Source of the DNA: Acidobacteriota bacterium | GTDB lineage: Bacteria; Acidobacteriota; UBA890; WLXD01 | NCBI GenBank assembly: GCA_963666055.2 | Contig: CAXWPH010000015.1 | Location: forward strand, 384,001 to 448,000 | Reading direction: 5' to 3' | DNA: 64,000 bases | Part shown: positions 19,825 to 29,168 of the stretch, piece by piece | How positions within the stretch are numbered: the stretch's first letter is position 1 | Layout of the letters: every line of letters begins with the position of its first letter | Made by a program: the position numbers and the translations under genes | The notes under the pieces: model-generated | What the model saw: only the letters and a program-made list of their open reading frames with translations | Told to the model about the DNA's origin: nothing | Database searches by the model: none

Positions 19825-20619
19825 TCAGGGCCTGGTTGCCCGGAAGTTGATGCCGACGGTGCCAAACTCGCTGGCGCTAGATGCCTGCGGGGCGCCGTCG
19901 AAGACCTCCGCCTTCCAGGTGATCTCGAAGTCGGTGAAACCCGCCGCGACGACCGTCGCCTCGAGCTCTGCTTCCAGCAGAGCGCCGGCGATTCAGCCGG
20001 TCCACAAATCGATCTTCTGTTTCGCCGCCTCCGGTACTTCTCGGCTTACCAGAATGTCGCCGATCTGCAGCCGACCGCCGGGGCGCAGCACGCGGAACAT
20101 CTCACCCAGGGTCTGTTGCTTGTCGGGCGTCAGGTTGAGCACGCCGTTGGAGATCACCACGTCGGCCCAGCCGTCGGGCACCGGGATCTCCTCCATGTAG
20201 GCCTCGCGGAACTCGACGTTATCGATGCCCGACTCGACGGCGGCGGCCCGCGCCCGCTCGAGCATCGCCGGGGTCATTTCGATGCCCACAACCTCGCCGT
20301 CTGGGCCGACCATGCGAGCGGCGACGAGCGAGTCGATACCCGCGCCCGAGCCAATGTCGACCACTCGCTCACCAGAAGCCAACTCGCCCATGGCAAAGGG
20401 GTTGCCGGTGCCGGCAAACGATTCGATGGCCGATTCCGAGACACCTTCGAGCCACTCGTCCTTGTAGCCGACGATCTTGGTCAGCGGGCGGCCGGTGTGG
20501 AAGTGGAATCCCTTGCCGGGGTTCTCAGCCACTACCGCGTATTCGTCCTGGATGGCTTTGCGCAGGGTGTCGGTATCGACATCGATAGCTCGGGCCACCA
20601 GCGAACGGTCTGCCGTCAT
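19825..20619 (-). CDS. ArsM-like SAM-dependent methyltransferase, selenoprotein (Sec at 19993-19995)
   Basis: DIGSGAGID SAM motif; the frame continues past TGA (DLWTG-U-IAGALLEAELEATVVAAGF) to a stop at 19825; SECIS-like hairpin after the TGA. Confidence 0.85.
19958..19991 (-). promoter_or_regulatory. Bacterial SECIS-like hairpin
   Basis: Directly 3' of UGA: TCGCC-ggc-GCTCTGC-tggaa-GCAGAGC-tcga-GGCGA. Confidence 0.7.
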
Positions 20620-20799
20620 CGGTTCTCTCCTTGTCTCATCCAGCAGGAATTGAACGATACCCTGAGACGTTCGACGCTGCCGACGCACGATGCTGCAGAA
20701 GACGCGCTGCTCAACCTCCGCGCCCTCGGAACCGATGAGACGGAGAGGGTGTTAGCTCTTGGCCAGGGCCACCCTCGCAACACCGGCCAATATGATCAG

Positions 20800-23222
20800 T
20801 CACTTGGCGTTGAGGCGCGCCAGGGCGTCGTCGAGATGACGACGATACGCCTCACGATCCTCCGGCCTCAACCAGGCGTCTCTTTGATCCACACGACGCC
20901 AGATCTCCTCGATCACCGCGGTCAGGAACTCGGCGGACGCCCGTGATGCATCGTTCGGCAGCGCGCCGGCGAAGTAGACCGGCGTCGTGTGCGCGAAGGT
21001 GTAGTTGTCTCCGGAATAGCGGGCTTTGCCGCCCCGGGCCCGCACCGCGACCCAGCGCGCGCCACTTACCGGTATGGACTCGCTAGCTTCCAGCCGATTC
21101 TGTCGTGGCGACACGGGTACCGTGTGCACAACGCGTCCATCGACGATGATCTCGACCACGTCCACCGGGGCGATGGTCGCGAGGTCGACGGACACCGTCG
21201 CGCGATGGCGCGCGCTGATCTCCGAACCGGGCTCGTGACCGTCCACCTCGGCGAACAAGAGCGGTCCGTTGGTAGCCACAGTGCGGCCGGCGCGGACCGC
21301 CTCGATCCAGTCACCCCAGGTGAGCGGGCCGTCCAGTCGAGCGTAGGTGCGCGCCGTTCCACCGGACGGGTCGCGCCAGACGTTGGAGAAGTTGTCGGTG
21401 CCCCCGGTGGCGGCCAGCCGGATGCCGACGTTGAGCATGTGGTAGTAGATCGCGGCGCTGGCCATCTCGTCCGACGCGGTGGACACCACGTCGTAGAAGT
21501 TACCGCGCCCCAGGATGGCGTGGATGGGAATGTCGGATTGAGCGGCACCAACGGGCGTGGCGACGCTGGCGCTGTTGCCGGTGTAGGGGTGCAGGAACCC
21601 ACCGATTCCACCGAGGGCCTTGATGGCATCCAGATATGTGAGCTTGAGGCCATCCGCGGGGTACGGGGATCCATCGGTGCCGCCGATGAGGGGCATGATG
21701 AAGTCCTCCGCGCCCCGAGCAACGCCACGTGTCCGAAGGATCCGCGGAACTCCTGGCTGTACCGCAGGATGGTGTCGTCGCTGGATCCGGAGTAATCCTG
21801 GCCCGTGAGGTCGCTCCATCGACCCATGATCTTGGTGCCATCCATGTGGATCAGATCATTGGCAACGTGAAGATCGTCGGCCCGCAACTGATCGAAGAAC
21901 TCCTGCTGGGTGAGGCCCCAGCGTCCCTCGTGCAAATCGTGCACGTGGGTGTCGCCCGACACCCAGTCAGATTGCCGCGGATCAGAGAGGCGCTCCATTC
22001 GGAGCTCGACCGTCGTGGTCTCGCCCGCCGCGGCGCGCACCGTGACGTCCGCCGGAACCCACTCGAACCCCCGGATCGCCTCGACCCGCACCTCTCCGGC
22101 CGGCACGGTAACCTCGAACTGGCCGGTCGAATGGAAGTAGTGGATCTCGTTGGCCGGACTGACGCGATGAAAGGCGTTGTTCGGGACGTAGCCGCGTCCG
22201 TCCGAGGCCAGGAGCTGGATTCGGGCCGGGACGATCGCGCCGTCCGGTCCGGTCACGCGTCCGCGCAAAGTCGCGCCGTCGTAGCGCGGTGACAGGCGGA
22301 CCTGCGTAAGCCGTTCCCACGCTTGATTGCCGCCGCCGAAACGAGACGTCACAAACAGAACGGTAGGGCCGTCCTGATTGCCGACGAACGCTACGCGCTC
22401 GCCGTCGGGACTCACCGCCGGGGCGAACTCGTCCAGAGGCTGCGAGGTCAGGCGAACGGGGTTGCCGCCCGCCGAGGGCACCGTCGCCAGGTCGTAGGAT
22501 CCGGCGGTGTCGGAGGCGAACACCAGGGCCGAGCCATCCGGCGTCCACGCGGGGGCCGCCCGGTAGCTGGTTTCTTCGTAGTGCACCAGCCGGGGCTCGC
22601 CGCCGGTCATCGGGACCATCCAGATCCCTCCGCTGCCGAGGCGTCCGCTCACCCTTGCGATGAACGCGAGCTGCGAGCCGTCGGGGGACAGCGCCGGCTG
22701 GAACTGGTGCCCGGCGCCGCCGACCACGGTGTCGACCGCACCGGTCGCCACCTCGTACCGCAGGATATCGAAATCCCCTCCGCGTGCCGACGCGAAGACG
22801 ATGAATCGCCCATCGGGAGTCCAGGCGGGTTGAATGTCCACCGCGGCGTCGGAGGTCAGGCGCCGGAACCCCGTGCCGTCGGCCCGAACCACAGCGATAT
22901 CGAGATCGCCGTCCGTGTCTACCGCGAGGGCGACCCATTCACCGTCCCGGCTCCACGCCGGCTCGAAGTGATAGCCGGGACCCTGGGTGATGGCCCGGGC
23001 GTGCTCCGTCCCGATGCTCTGAACCCAGATGTCGCCACGCATCGAGTAGGCCAGCGTCGAGCCGTCCGGGTGCCAGCTCGGATCGAGCGGTCCGCTGGTG
23101 ACGGCCGGGAGCATGTGGAGCTCCACCCGGGTCGAAAGCCCGTATCGGGGTAGCTGGGCGGCCGCGGAGGAGGAGAGGAAGATCCATGCGACACAAGCCA
23201 ACGACAGGAATCTACACGGCAT
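20800..23222 (-). CDS. TolB/PD40 propeller fused to CehA/McbA metallohydrolase; frameshift at ~21710
   Basis: PxWxPDG repeats, SGDTHVHDLH; the C-terminal half (GGTD, ATNGP, AHTTPVY) is in ORF 20800-21819. Confidence 0.8.
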
Positions 23223-23390
23223 GCAAGCATCCGGGGTCTGCGGCCAAGAATCTGAGCATCATTGTAATGAGATCCTCGCGACCCTGGTCTTGTCGGACCC
23301 TCAGCCCTCAATCCTACCGGGCCACGTCACCCGCGCACCCGGTCAGCACCGTCGCCTGACGCTCGGGGCCCAGGATTGCCGATCAGCCGA

Positions 23391-23440
23391 GAATATATAT
23401 ATATTCCTTGACAAGAATATTCTTCTATATGAATATTCAT
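23391..23440 (+). promoter_or_regulatory. Sigma70 promoter with palindromic ArsR-type operator sites
   Basis: TTGACA at 23408-23413; palindromes GAATATATATATATTC, AGAATATTCT and ATGAATATTCAT. Confidence 0.7.
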
Positions 23441-23442
23441 GG

Positions 23443-23754
23443 ATGATTGAAACGTTGGTCGCGCTCGCCGAGCCTAACCGTTTGCGTATCATCGAACTGT
23501 TGCGTGACGGACCGCGTCCGGTGGGCGAAATCGGCGACCGACTTCGACTGCGCCAGCCGCAAACGTCAAAGCACCTGCGAGTCTTGAAAGAAGCCGGGCT
23601 CGTCGACGTGCGCCCGGACGCACAGCGCCGCGTGTACCAGCTGCGTGCTCAGCCGCTTCGTGATCTCGACACCTGGCTGGAGCCCTATCGCCAGTACTGG
23701 AGCGCACGGCTCGACGCTCTGGAGACCATGCTCCGGAGTGACTCCAAGGAGTGA
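23443..23754 (+). CDS. ArsR/SmtB family transcriptional regulator
   Basis: ALAEPNRLRIIELLRDGPRPVGEI...SKHLRVLKEAGLV...AQRRVYQL. Confidence 0.9.
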   Translation: MIETLVALAEPNRLRIIELLRDGPRPVGEIGDRLRLRQPQTSKHLRVLKEAGLVDVRPDAQRRVYQLRAQPLRDLDTWLEPYRQYWSARLDALETMLRSDSKE

Positions 23755-23758
23755 ACCC

Positions 23759-24205
23759 ATGAGCTCGACCGTGCCTGCAATCAAGATGACGCGGACGATC
23801 AATGCCCCCGTCGCCAAAGTGTTCGAGGCGTGGACCGACGCGGCTCAGCTGAAGCGTTGGCTCGCACCCCATCCCTACGAGGTGCGCGAAGCGACCGCAG
23901 ACGCCCGACCGGGCGGTCGTTACCGAATCGTCGTGGCGACCGTGGACGACGGGCCTCACACGACGACGGGCGAGTACTTGGAGGTGGAGCCGGGGCGCCG
24001 CCTGGTGATGACGTGGTTCTACGAGGGCCCCTTGGGTAAAGACGAAACGCCCTCGGTGGTCACCGTTGATTTTCTTGAAGTTGCTCCAGGAGCGACCGAG
24101 GTCACTTTGACCCATGCCGAGCTCCGCAGCGACGAAGGTGGCCGCGAGGGCTGGACTCTGATCCTGGACAAGCTCGCGGCACTCTTCGACGGTGCGGAGA
24201 AGTAA
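23759..24205 (+). CDS. SRPBCC/AHSA1 domain protein
   Basis: RTINAPVAKVFEAWTD...GWTLILDKL; typical ArsR-SRPBCC pair. Confidence 0.9.
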   Translation: MSSTVPAIKMTRTINAPVAKVFEAWTDAAQLKRWLAPHPYEVREATADARPGGRYRIVVATVDDGPHTTTGEYLEVEPGRRLVMTWFYEGPLGKDETPSVVTVDFLEVAPGATEVTLTHAELRSDEGGREGWTLILDKLAALFDGAEK

Positions 24206-24263
24206 TTCGACCCGCGGTGCGACGCGGCGGCTTCACTCGGCAGCACCCGTGCGGCTCAGAGGC

Positions 24264-24812
24264 TCAGCGCAGGCGACCACAGACAACCGACTTGATTCGT
24301 AGCACCGTATTCCAGTTCCGGGCTGTGCCGCGGCTGGCCAGCGCCTTCTCGATCACAGCACCGGTGAGGCGAGAGCGGCCTATGCCATTTGGATATACGA
24401 CGTACGCCTGCTTGCCGCGGGCGCGAATCAGCTCAGGCCCTTTGATGGACGACTGGAGCGACCCCACGGCCCGGGCCGACGGTGCCTTCTTGAGAAACAT
24501 GACGCCGAGCTTGCTCGGCTCGCTCTGCGCAGCTCGCATGAAAGGGTTGCGTTGGACAAGCGCCTCCCACTGCTTCGAGGACCGGACGAAGAAGTCCGTC
24601 TCGAGATCGAGCTCACTCTGGGCCCGAGTCTCCAGAATGCTCTCGAGCTCCCCGGCTCCCGAACTGCTCGTAAATACGACATTCCCGCTCTGCAGTAATG
24701 TCTGCACGGGCCCGTACCCGAGCGCCGAGAACAGGCTGCGTAAGTCACTCATGGCAACGGGCCGACTGCCGCCGACATTGACCGCGCGCAGAAGCGCAAC
24801 GTAAGTCATCAT
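24264..24812 (-). CDS. DUF1697 domain protein
   Basis: YVALLRAVNVGG, VQTLLQSGNVVF, TARNWNTV. Confidence 0.9.
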   Translation of the reverse strand: MMTYVALLRAVNVGGSRPVAMSDLRSLFSALGYGPVQTLLQSGNVVFTSSSGAGELESILETRAQSELDLETDFFVRSSKQWEALVQRNPFMRAAQSEPSKLGVMFLKKAPSARAVGSLQSSIKGPELIRARGKQAYVVYPNGIGRSRLTGAVIEKALASRGTARNWNTVLRIKSVVCGRLR

Positions 24813-25471
24813 CTTTTCAGCACCCTGCTAGCGCTGCGATGCCTCTCGATCCAAGCCGCCCACGGTGGTAGCAGCCACAAGATCAGCGCGCCCGCCGCCA
24901 CCGCAGTCGCCGATCCGGGTAGCGGGGCCCACGGCTGGGTGACCCATATCAGTCCGGTCAGACCCACCAGAGCGATAAGAGCCCATGTGCCTATACGGTC
25001 GCGGGCGGAGCTGGCACCGACGTAAAGCCAGAGACCCCCAGCGAGCAGGCCGGCTTCGACGAGAACCGTGCCAGGAATGGAGTTCCAGAGTCCGAGGCCC
25101 ACCAACGGGCCACCCGGCCAAAGCGGTAGGTCTGGTCGGTGCGTGATCAGGTCCAGAGCCCAATGACTCAGAACTAGCAGGCCGAGCACCACACCGGCCC
25201 GCCACGAGCCAAACAGCCGGCGCCCGAGGAACGCCACGACTCCCGACCATCCGATGACCGCCAGGAGACTGTGACTCCAGGGGTAAGAGGCGAAGGCGAG
25301 ATTCGTGAACGCGGTATCGCCCGGGTTGATCCGAACGGTCTCGAATCCAAGCAAGAGCAAGACTGGCCACAGCAGGTCGAGTCCAAAGGCGGCGGCGACC
25401 GATGCTCCCAAAGGCAGTCGCGGCTCCACCTTCTTGGTACCCAGCGCAACCGCCAGATGACCGACGAACAT
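24809..25471 (-). CDS. Membrane protein, metal-dependent hydrolase-like
   Basis: MFVGH, PWSHSL, SHWALDLITHRPDLPL; multiple TM segments. Confidence 0.8.
   Translation of the reverse strand: MFVGHLAVALGTKKVEPRLPLGASVAAAFGLDLLWPVLLLLGFETVRINPGDTAFTNLAFASYPWSHSLLAVIGWSGVVAFLGRRLFGSWRAGVVLGLLVLSHWALDLITHRPDLPLWPGGPLVGLGLWNSIPGTVLVEAGLLAGGLWLYVGASSARDRIGTWALIALVGLTGLIWVTQPWAPLPGSATAVAAGALILWLLPPWAAWIERHRSASRVLKR
24814..24831 (-). repeat. Orphan MITE end (variant CTAGCAGGGTGCTGAAAA)
   Basis: Matches the variant end of copy 2 (45584-45601); now encodes the tail of the 24809-25471 CDS. Confidence 0.7.
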
Positions 25472-25497
25472 GATCCACCTCCCTTGTCGTCAGTGCG

Positions 25498-25521
25498 GCC
25501 TAACGGCCCGGAGTTCAGCGG
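25498..25521 (-). repeat. attC-like 3' half site
   Basis: CCGCTGAACTCCGGGCCGTTAGGC (GTTRRRY core) immediately before the RBS and ATG of 25471. Confidence 0.55.
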
Positions 25522-25559
25522 TCAGGATCGAGAGCCGGAGCATCTGGACCGGCCCATGG

Positions 25560-25913
25560 CTACTTCTCCGACCAGACTGCGAGCTCGTGGCCTGATGGAT
25601 CGCGAAAGTGAAAGCGCCTGCCGCCAGGGAACTCGTAGGCCTCCTTCACTACTGTGCCGCCATTGGCGACCACATCCTCCTCGACCCGCGAGAGATCGAC
25701 CGCATAGAGGACTATGAGAAGACCACCAGGCACCACCGTCGAAGACCCTGCGAAACCACCGGACAGGCGACCATCGTCGAAGCTCGCGTAGTCGGGCCCC
25801 CAGTCCGTGAATGACCAACCGAAGACGCTTGAATAAAAGCGCTTTGCCTCGTTGATGTCGAGGACAGGGAACTCGATGTAATCAATTCGGAGGTCATGAT
25901 CTTCTTGACCCAT
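25560..25913 (-). CDS. VOC/glyoxalase family protein
   Basis: IDYIEF...FYSSVFGWSFTDWGPDY...FPGGRRFHFRDPSGHELAVWS. Confidence 0.9.
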   Translation of the reverse strand: MGQEDHDLRIDYIEFPVLDINEAKRFYSSVFGWSFTDWGPDYASFDDGRLSGGFAGSSTVVPGGLLIVLYAVDLSRVEEDVVANGGTVVKEAYEFPGGRRFHFRDPSGHELAVWSEK

Positions 25914-26131
25914 TGGCAATCTCCCGGATTGGGTGGTTGGAAAGCGGCCGACGCTACAGGGCTCGCCAGATTCATCGCAAGTCGCGAACCGCCTCCTCGT
26001 CAGCGGAGCGTTATTGCTCGCGGATCAATCGTCCTACCAGCGTGCATCTCCATCGAGAAGTACGGATGCTCGGGATGCGCTGTCTCGTAGAACGCGAATC
26101 GGTCCACGCCCGACATCATGCGCAGCATCGC

Positions 26132-26173
26132 TTGCTAGAGAGCCTCCGCTCTGTGTAGCATTACAGTGCTACA
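26132..26173 (+). promoter_or_regulatory. Toxin-antitoxin promoter/operator
   Basis: TTGCTA-18-TAGCAT; inverted repeat TGTAGCA-6-TGCTACA overlapping the -10. Confidence 0.6.
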
Positions 26174-26183
26174 GGAGGCGACA

Positions 26184-26411
26184 ATGGTTAGGAACGTAAC
26201 GCTCCGCCGTATGGGCGGCTCCGTCGGTGCCACTCTCCCCAAGGATATGGCTGACCGATTCCATTTGGCTGCGGGCGACGAAATCATGGCCGTCGAGACG
26301 GCGCACGGAATTCTACTCACTCCCTACGATCCCGACGTTGAGGAGGGCCTCCAGATCGCCGCCGAGGCTCAGAAACGGTATCAGAACGCACTCCGTGAAC
26401 TGGCCAAGTGA
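26184..26411 (+). CDS. AbrB/MazE/SpoVT family antitoxin
   Basis: LRRMGGSVGATLPK...GILLTPYDP...YQNALRELAK. Confidence 0.9.
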   Translation: MVRNVTLRRMGGSVGATLPKDMADRFHLAAGDEIMAVETAHGILLTPYDPDVEEGLQIAAEAQKRYQNALRELAK

Positions 26412-26809
26412 GTGCTGCTGAGCCGCGGTGGGTGCCGCGGCTCGTCGTCGAGGCTGCACATCTGGATCAGATCCGCGAGCACGGTGGTCTGATCGGAATC
26501 CGAGACGACAATGCGCTCGAGTCAGCTCTCGCTCGGGCACGACAACGCTGGTCCTATGAGCCTCAGGTCGACCTGCCACGCCTCGCGGCAGACGACGCGT
26601 TTGGGATTGCCTCGAACCACCCGTTTCAAGACGGGAACAAGCGCACTGCGTTCCTCGCCGCCGTCATCTTCCTCGGACTGAACGGCCTCGATTTCATCGC
26701 CCCAGAGGACGAGGTGGTTGCTCGGATGATCAGTCTAGCCTCCGGCGACATTGGCGAAGAGGACATCGCAGATTGGATCCGCTCACGAGTCAAATCCAGG
26801 GGTCTGTAG
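26408..26809 (+). CDS. doc: Death-on-curing (Doc/Fic) toxin
   Basis: HGGLIGIRD, HPFQDGNKRTA Fic motif; GTGA overlap with the antitoxin. Confidence 0.9.
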   Translation: MSAAEPRWVPRLVVEAAHLDQIREHGGLIGIRDDNALESALARARQRWSYEPQVDLPRLAADDAFGIASNHPFQDGNKRTAFLAAVIFLGLNGLDFIAPEDEVVARMISLASGDIGEEDIADWIRSRVKSRGL

Positions 26810-26943
26810 GCGAGGCTTCATCGCAGCTCCGAGATAAGAGTAATTGGGGGCTTGGCGACCGTAGTTTTCTCGTCAGCGAATGGTACTGCGAAGGGGAATG
26901 GCGCTGAAATCGCGCGCCGCATGAAGACAGGTAGGAGAACGCG

Positions 26944-27408
26944 GTGCTTGATCCGATTGTTAGAACCATTGAAGTTCCCTGCAGCCAAGAAGCAGCATTC
27001 CGGGTGTTTGTGAACGAAATGGACAGTTGGTGGCCCCTGGACAGCTTCACAGTGTCAGCAATAGGTGGCCAGGCCGCCAAGTCGATACGCGTAGAACCGA
27101 AGCAGGGCGGCAAGATAGTGGAGATAGGCCCCGATGACGCTGAGCATCTGTGGGGCACGATCAAGTCATACGACCCGTATTCCTTTGTCAGCATGGACTT
27201 CCACATACCCCAACCAGGCGAACAAGTAGCGTCCAGAAGCCTTGTTGAAGTGCGGTTTATCGCTCTTGGAGAGGAACAAACACGCGTCGAACTCACCCAG
27301 AGTAATTGGGAAGCATTTGGTGAGAGGGCTGCTGACATGCGCGGTGGTTACGGCGGCGGTTGGAGCCTTATTTTCGAGCAGGCATTCAAATCCGCTTGCG
27401 GTGGCTGA
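26944..27408 (+). CDS. SRPBCC family protein
   Basis: PIVRTIEVPCSQEAAFRVF...WWP...TRVELTQSNWE...GW; lower GC than flanks. Confidence 0.85.
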   Translation: MLDPIVRTIEVPCSQEAAFRVFVNEMDSWWPLDSFTVSAIGGQAAKSIRVEPKQGGKIVEIGPDDAEHLWGTIKSYDPYSFVSMDFHIPQPGEQVASRSLVEVRFIALGEEQTRVELTQSNWEAFGERAADMRGGYGGGWSLIFEQAFKSACGG

Positions 27409-27557
27409 CCCGTGGCGCCGTTGACAGCGTAGATCTAGTTGTAGCGCTGGTAGGCTCTACGCAAGTGGCCATGCTAGTGGCAAAGACGGGCCCGTTGTGG
27501 CCGCGCGCCAGGGCGGTCCAGTCGTGGCCGCGCAGCGCCGCGGCACCCTGTCATGTC

Positions 27558-28172
27558 TCACTCTTGAACCAGGCCGTATATTTTCGCAAACGGATCCCAG
27601 CCAGCTTCGCTATGCCATTCATATTCAGCCCATATCGCGATCTGCTCTGCGGTCTCCTGCCCCAAGATCCTACTGATCACGGCCAGCGACATATCCATTC
27701 CGGCCGAAACCCCTGAGGATGTGAAGAACTTGCCATCCTCCACCCAACGCGCTTCCTTCTCCCACTTCACTTTGTCGCCCTGCGAGGTAGCCCACGCAAA
27801 CGCCTGCTTGTTCGTCGTCGCCCGTACGCCATCCAGTACCCCCGCTCTCGCCAGGAGCGCGCTGCCTGTACATACGGATGTGACGTACTCCGCTCCCATC
27901 GATTGGGTTCGAAGCCATTCCAGTAGTCTTGGGTTGCCTATTTCCGCGCGTGTGCCACCCCCTCCTGGTACAAGCAGAACCTCATATTGGCGTTCTTCGC
28001 CGAATTCATGCTCAACGACCGACTTGGGTCCCTGCGCGCTCGCTACATCTCCGCCGCTTTCTGCGACCATATGAATCTCGAAGCTTTCGGGCGCCATTCC
28101 ATACATTTCCAGCGGCCCGAAAACATCCAGGAGCTCAAATTCTTCGAAGAGAACAACGCCGATTGACCGCAC
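27558..28172 (-). CDS. DJ-1/PfpI family protein
   Basis: FELLDVFGPLEM, LLVPGG, SVCTGSALLA, TSSGVSAGMD; GAGGTG RBS. Confidence 0.9.
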   Translation of the reverse strand: MRSIGVVLFEEFELLDVFGPLEMYGMAPESFEIHMVAESGGDVASAQGPKSVVEHEFGEERQYEVLLVPGGGGTRAEIGNPRLLEWLRTQSMGAEYVTSVCTGSALLARAGVLDGVRATTNKQAFAWATSQGDKVKWEKEARWVEDGKFFTSSGVSAGMDMSLAVISRILGQETAEQIAIWAEYEWHSEAGWDPFAKIYGLVQE

Positions 28173-28199
28173 TGATTTCACCTCGCCTGTGCTTCTTTC

Positions 28200-28320
28200 A
28201 CATGACGGTAGGTGGCGCTCAGCTGCGGACCCGCCGTAGGCTCCGGCCCAAGCACCCGAGGACCGAAGCTCCGGTGAGGCTACCAAGATCGGTTGGAACG
28301 CGCGGTGGCGTTCAGCCGCG
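28200..28320 (-). repeat. Two attC-like 3' half sites in tandem
   Basis: CGCGGCTGAACGCCACC-GCGC-GTT and CGCAGCTGAGCGCCACC-TACC-GTCATGT, with the same spacing. Confidence 0.45.
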
Positions 28321-28388
28321 CCTTCTCGGGCACCTGTAACGTGTAGCGTGCATCCGCGTAGCAACGAACAGAAGGGAGCGCGCAGGAG

Positions 28389-29138
28389 ATGTCCAGCGAC
28401 GACAGGCCGGCAAACAAGGGACGTCGCCAGTTTGCCACAACTCGGTGGAGCCTGGTTCTGGCCGCCGGCGAGAGCGGCTCCGACGATTCGGAGTGCGCTC
28501 TGGCAGAGCTGCGCGAGCAGTACTGGTACCCGCTGTACGCCTATACGCGCCGCCGCGGCTACGACCCCGATGATGCCCGCGACCTGACCCAGGCCTTCTT
28601 CACCAAGCTGCTCGCTGAACGGAACCTGAGGGCCGCCGACCCAACGCGCGGTCGGTTTCGCACCTTCCTGTTGTCTTCCCTGAAGAACTTCCTGGCGGGT
28701 GAATGGCGCAAGGACCATACGCTGAAACGGGGAGGCGCATTCAACGTCCTGTCGCTGGACTTCGACTCGGCCGAGGAGTCCTATCGAGTCGAGCCTTCTC
28801 ACGAGCTGAGCCCGGAGGTGATCTACGAGCGTCGCTGGGCGTTGAGCCTGCTCGAGCGGGCGGTGACCGATCTGCAGAGCCAGTACGCCAAAGCCGGGAA
28901 CCTCGAGCTTTTCAATGCACTCAAGGGTTTTCTGGGAGGCGCAGACGACGTCCTTCCTTACGCCGAGCTGTCACGGCGCCTCGGTCAGAGCGAAGGGGCG
29001 CTGCGCACCGCCGCCTCGCGTTTGCGCTCTCGCTGGCGAAAGCGGCTGCGGGAGCTGGTGGGCGAGACCGTCAGAGATGAGTCCGAGGTCCAGGACGAGC
29101 TGCAGAGTTTGATCGCCTCGGTTGATGCGGGCGTGTAA
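28389..29138 (+). CDS. ECF sigma-70 factor (Ser/Thr kinase-associated type)
   Basis: FATTRWSLVLAA, YWYPLYAY, DARDLTQAFF, GRFRTFLL, region 4 HTH. Confidence 0.9.
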   Translation: MSSDDRPANKGRRQFATTRWSLVLAAGESGSDDSECALAELREQYWYPLYAYTRRRGYDPDDARDLTQAFFTKLLAERNLRAADPTRGRFRTFLLSSLKNFLAGEWRKDHTLKRGGAFNVLSLDFDSAEESYRVEPSHELSPEVIYERRWALSLLERAVTDLQSQYAKAGNLELFNALKGFLGGADDVLPYAELSRRLGQSEGALRTAASRLRSRWRKRLRELVGETVRDESEVQDELQSLIASVDAGV

Positions 29139-29168
29139 CAGTTGGACCCCGATCGCATAGAACCAGGT

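Noticed and set aside
21705-21720. Frameshift in the TolB-CehA gene
   Set aside because: It lies in a short G/C run with no slippery heptamer or other decay; probably an error.
25950-26135. Possible gene fragment on the minus strand (QAMLRMMSGVDRFAFYETAHPEHPYFSMEMHAGR...)
   Set aside because: No recognisable family or clear start, so it cannot be supported.
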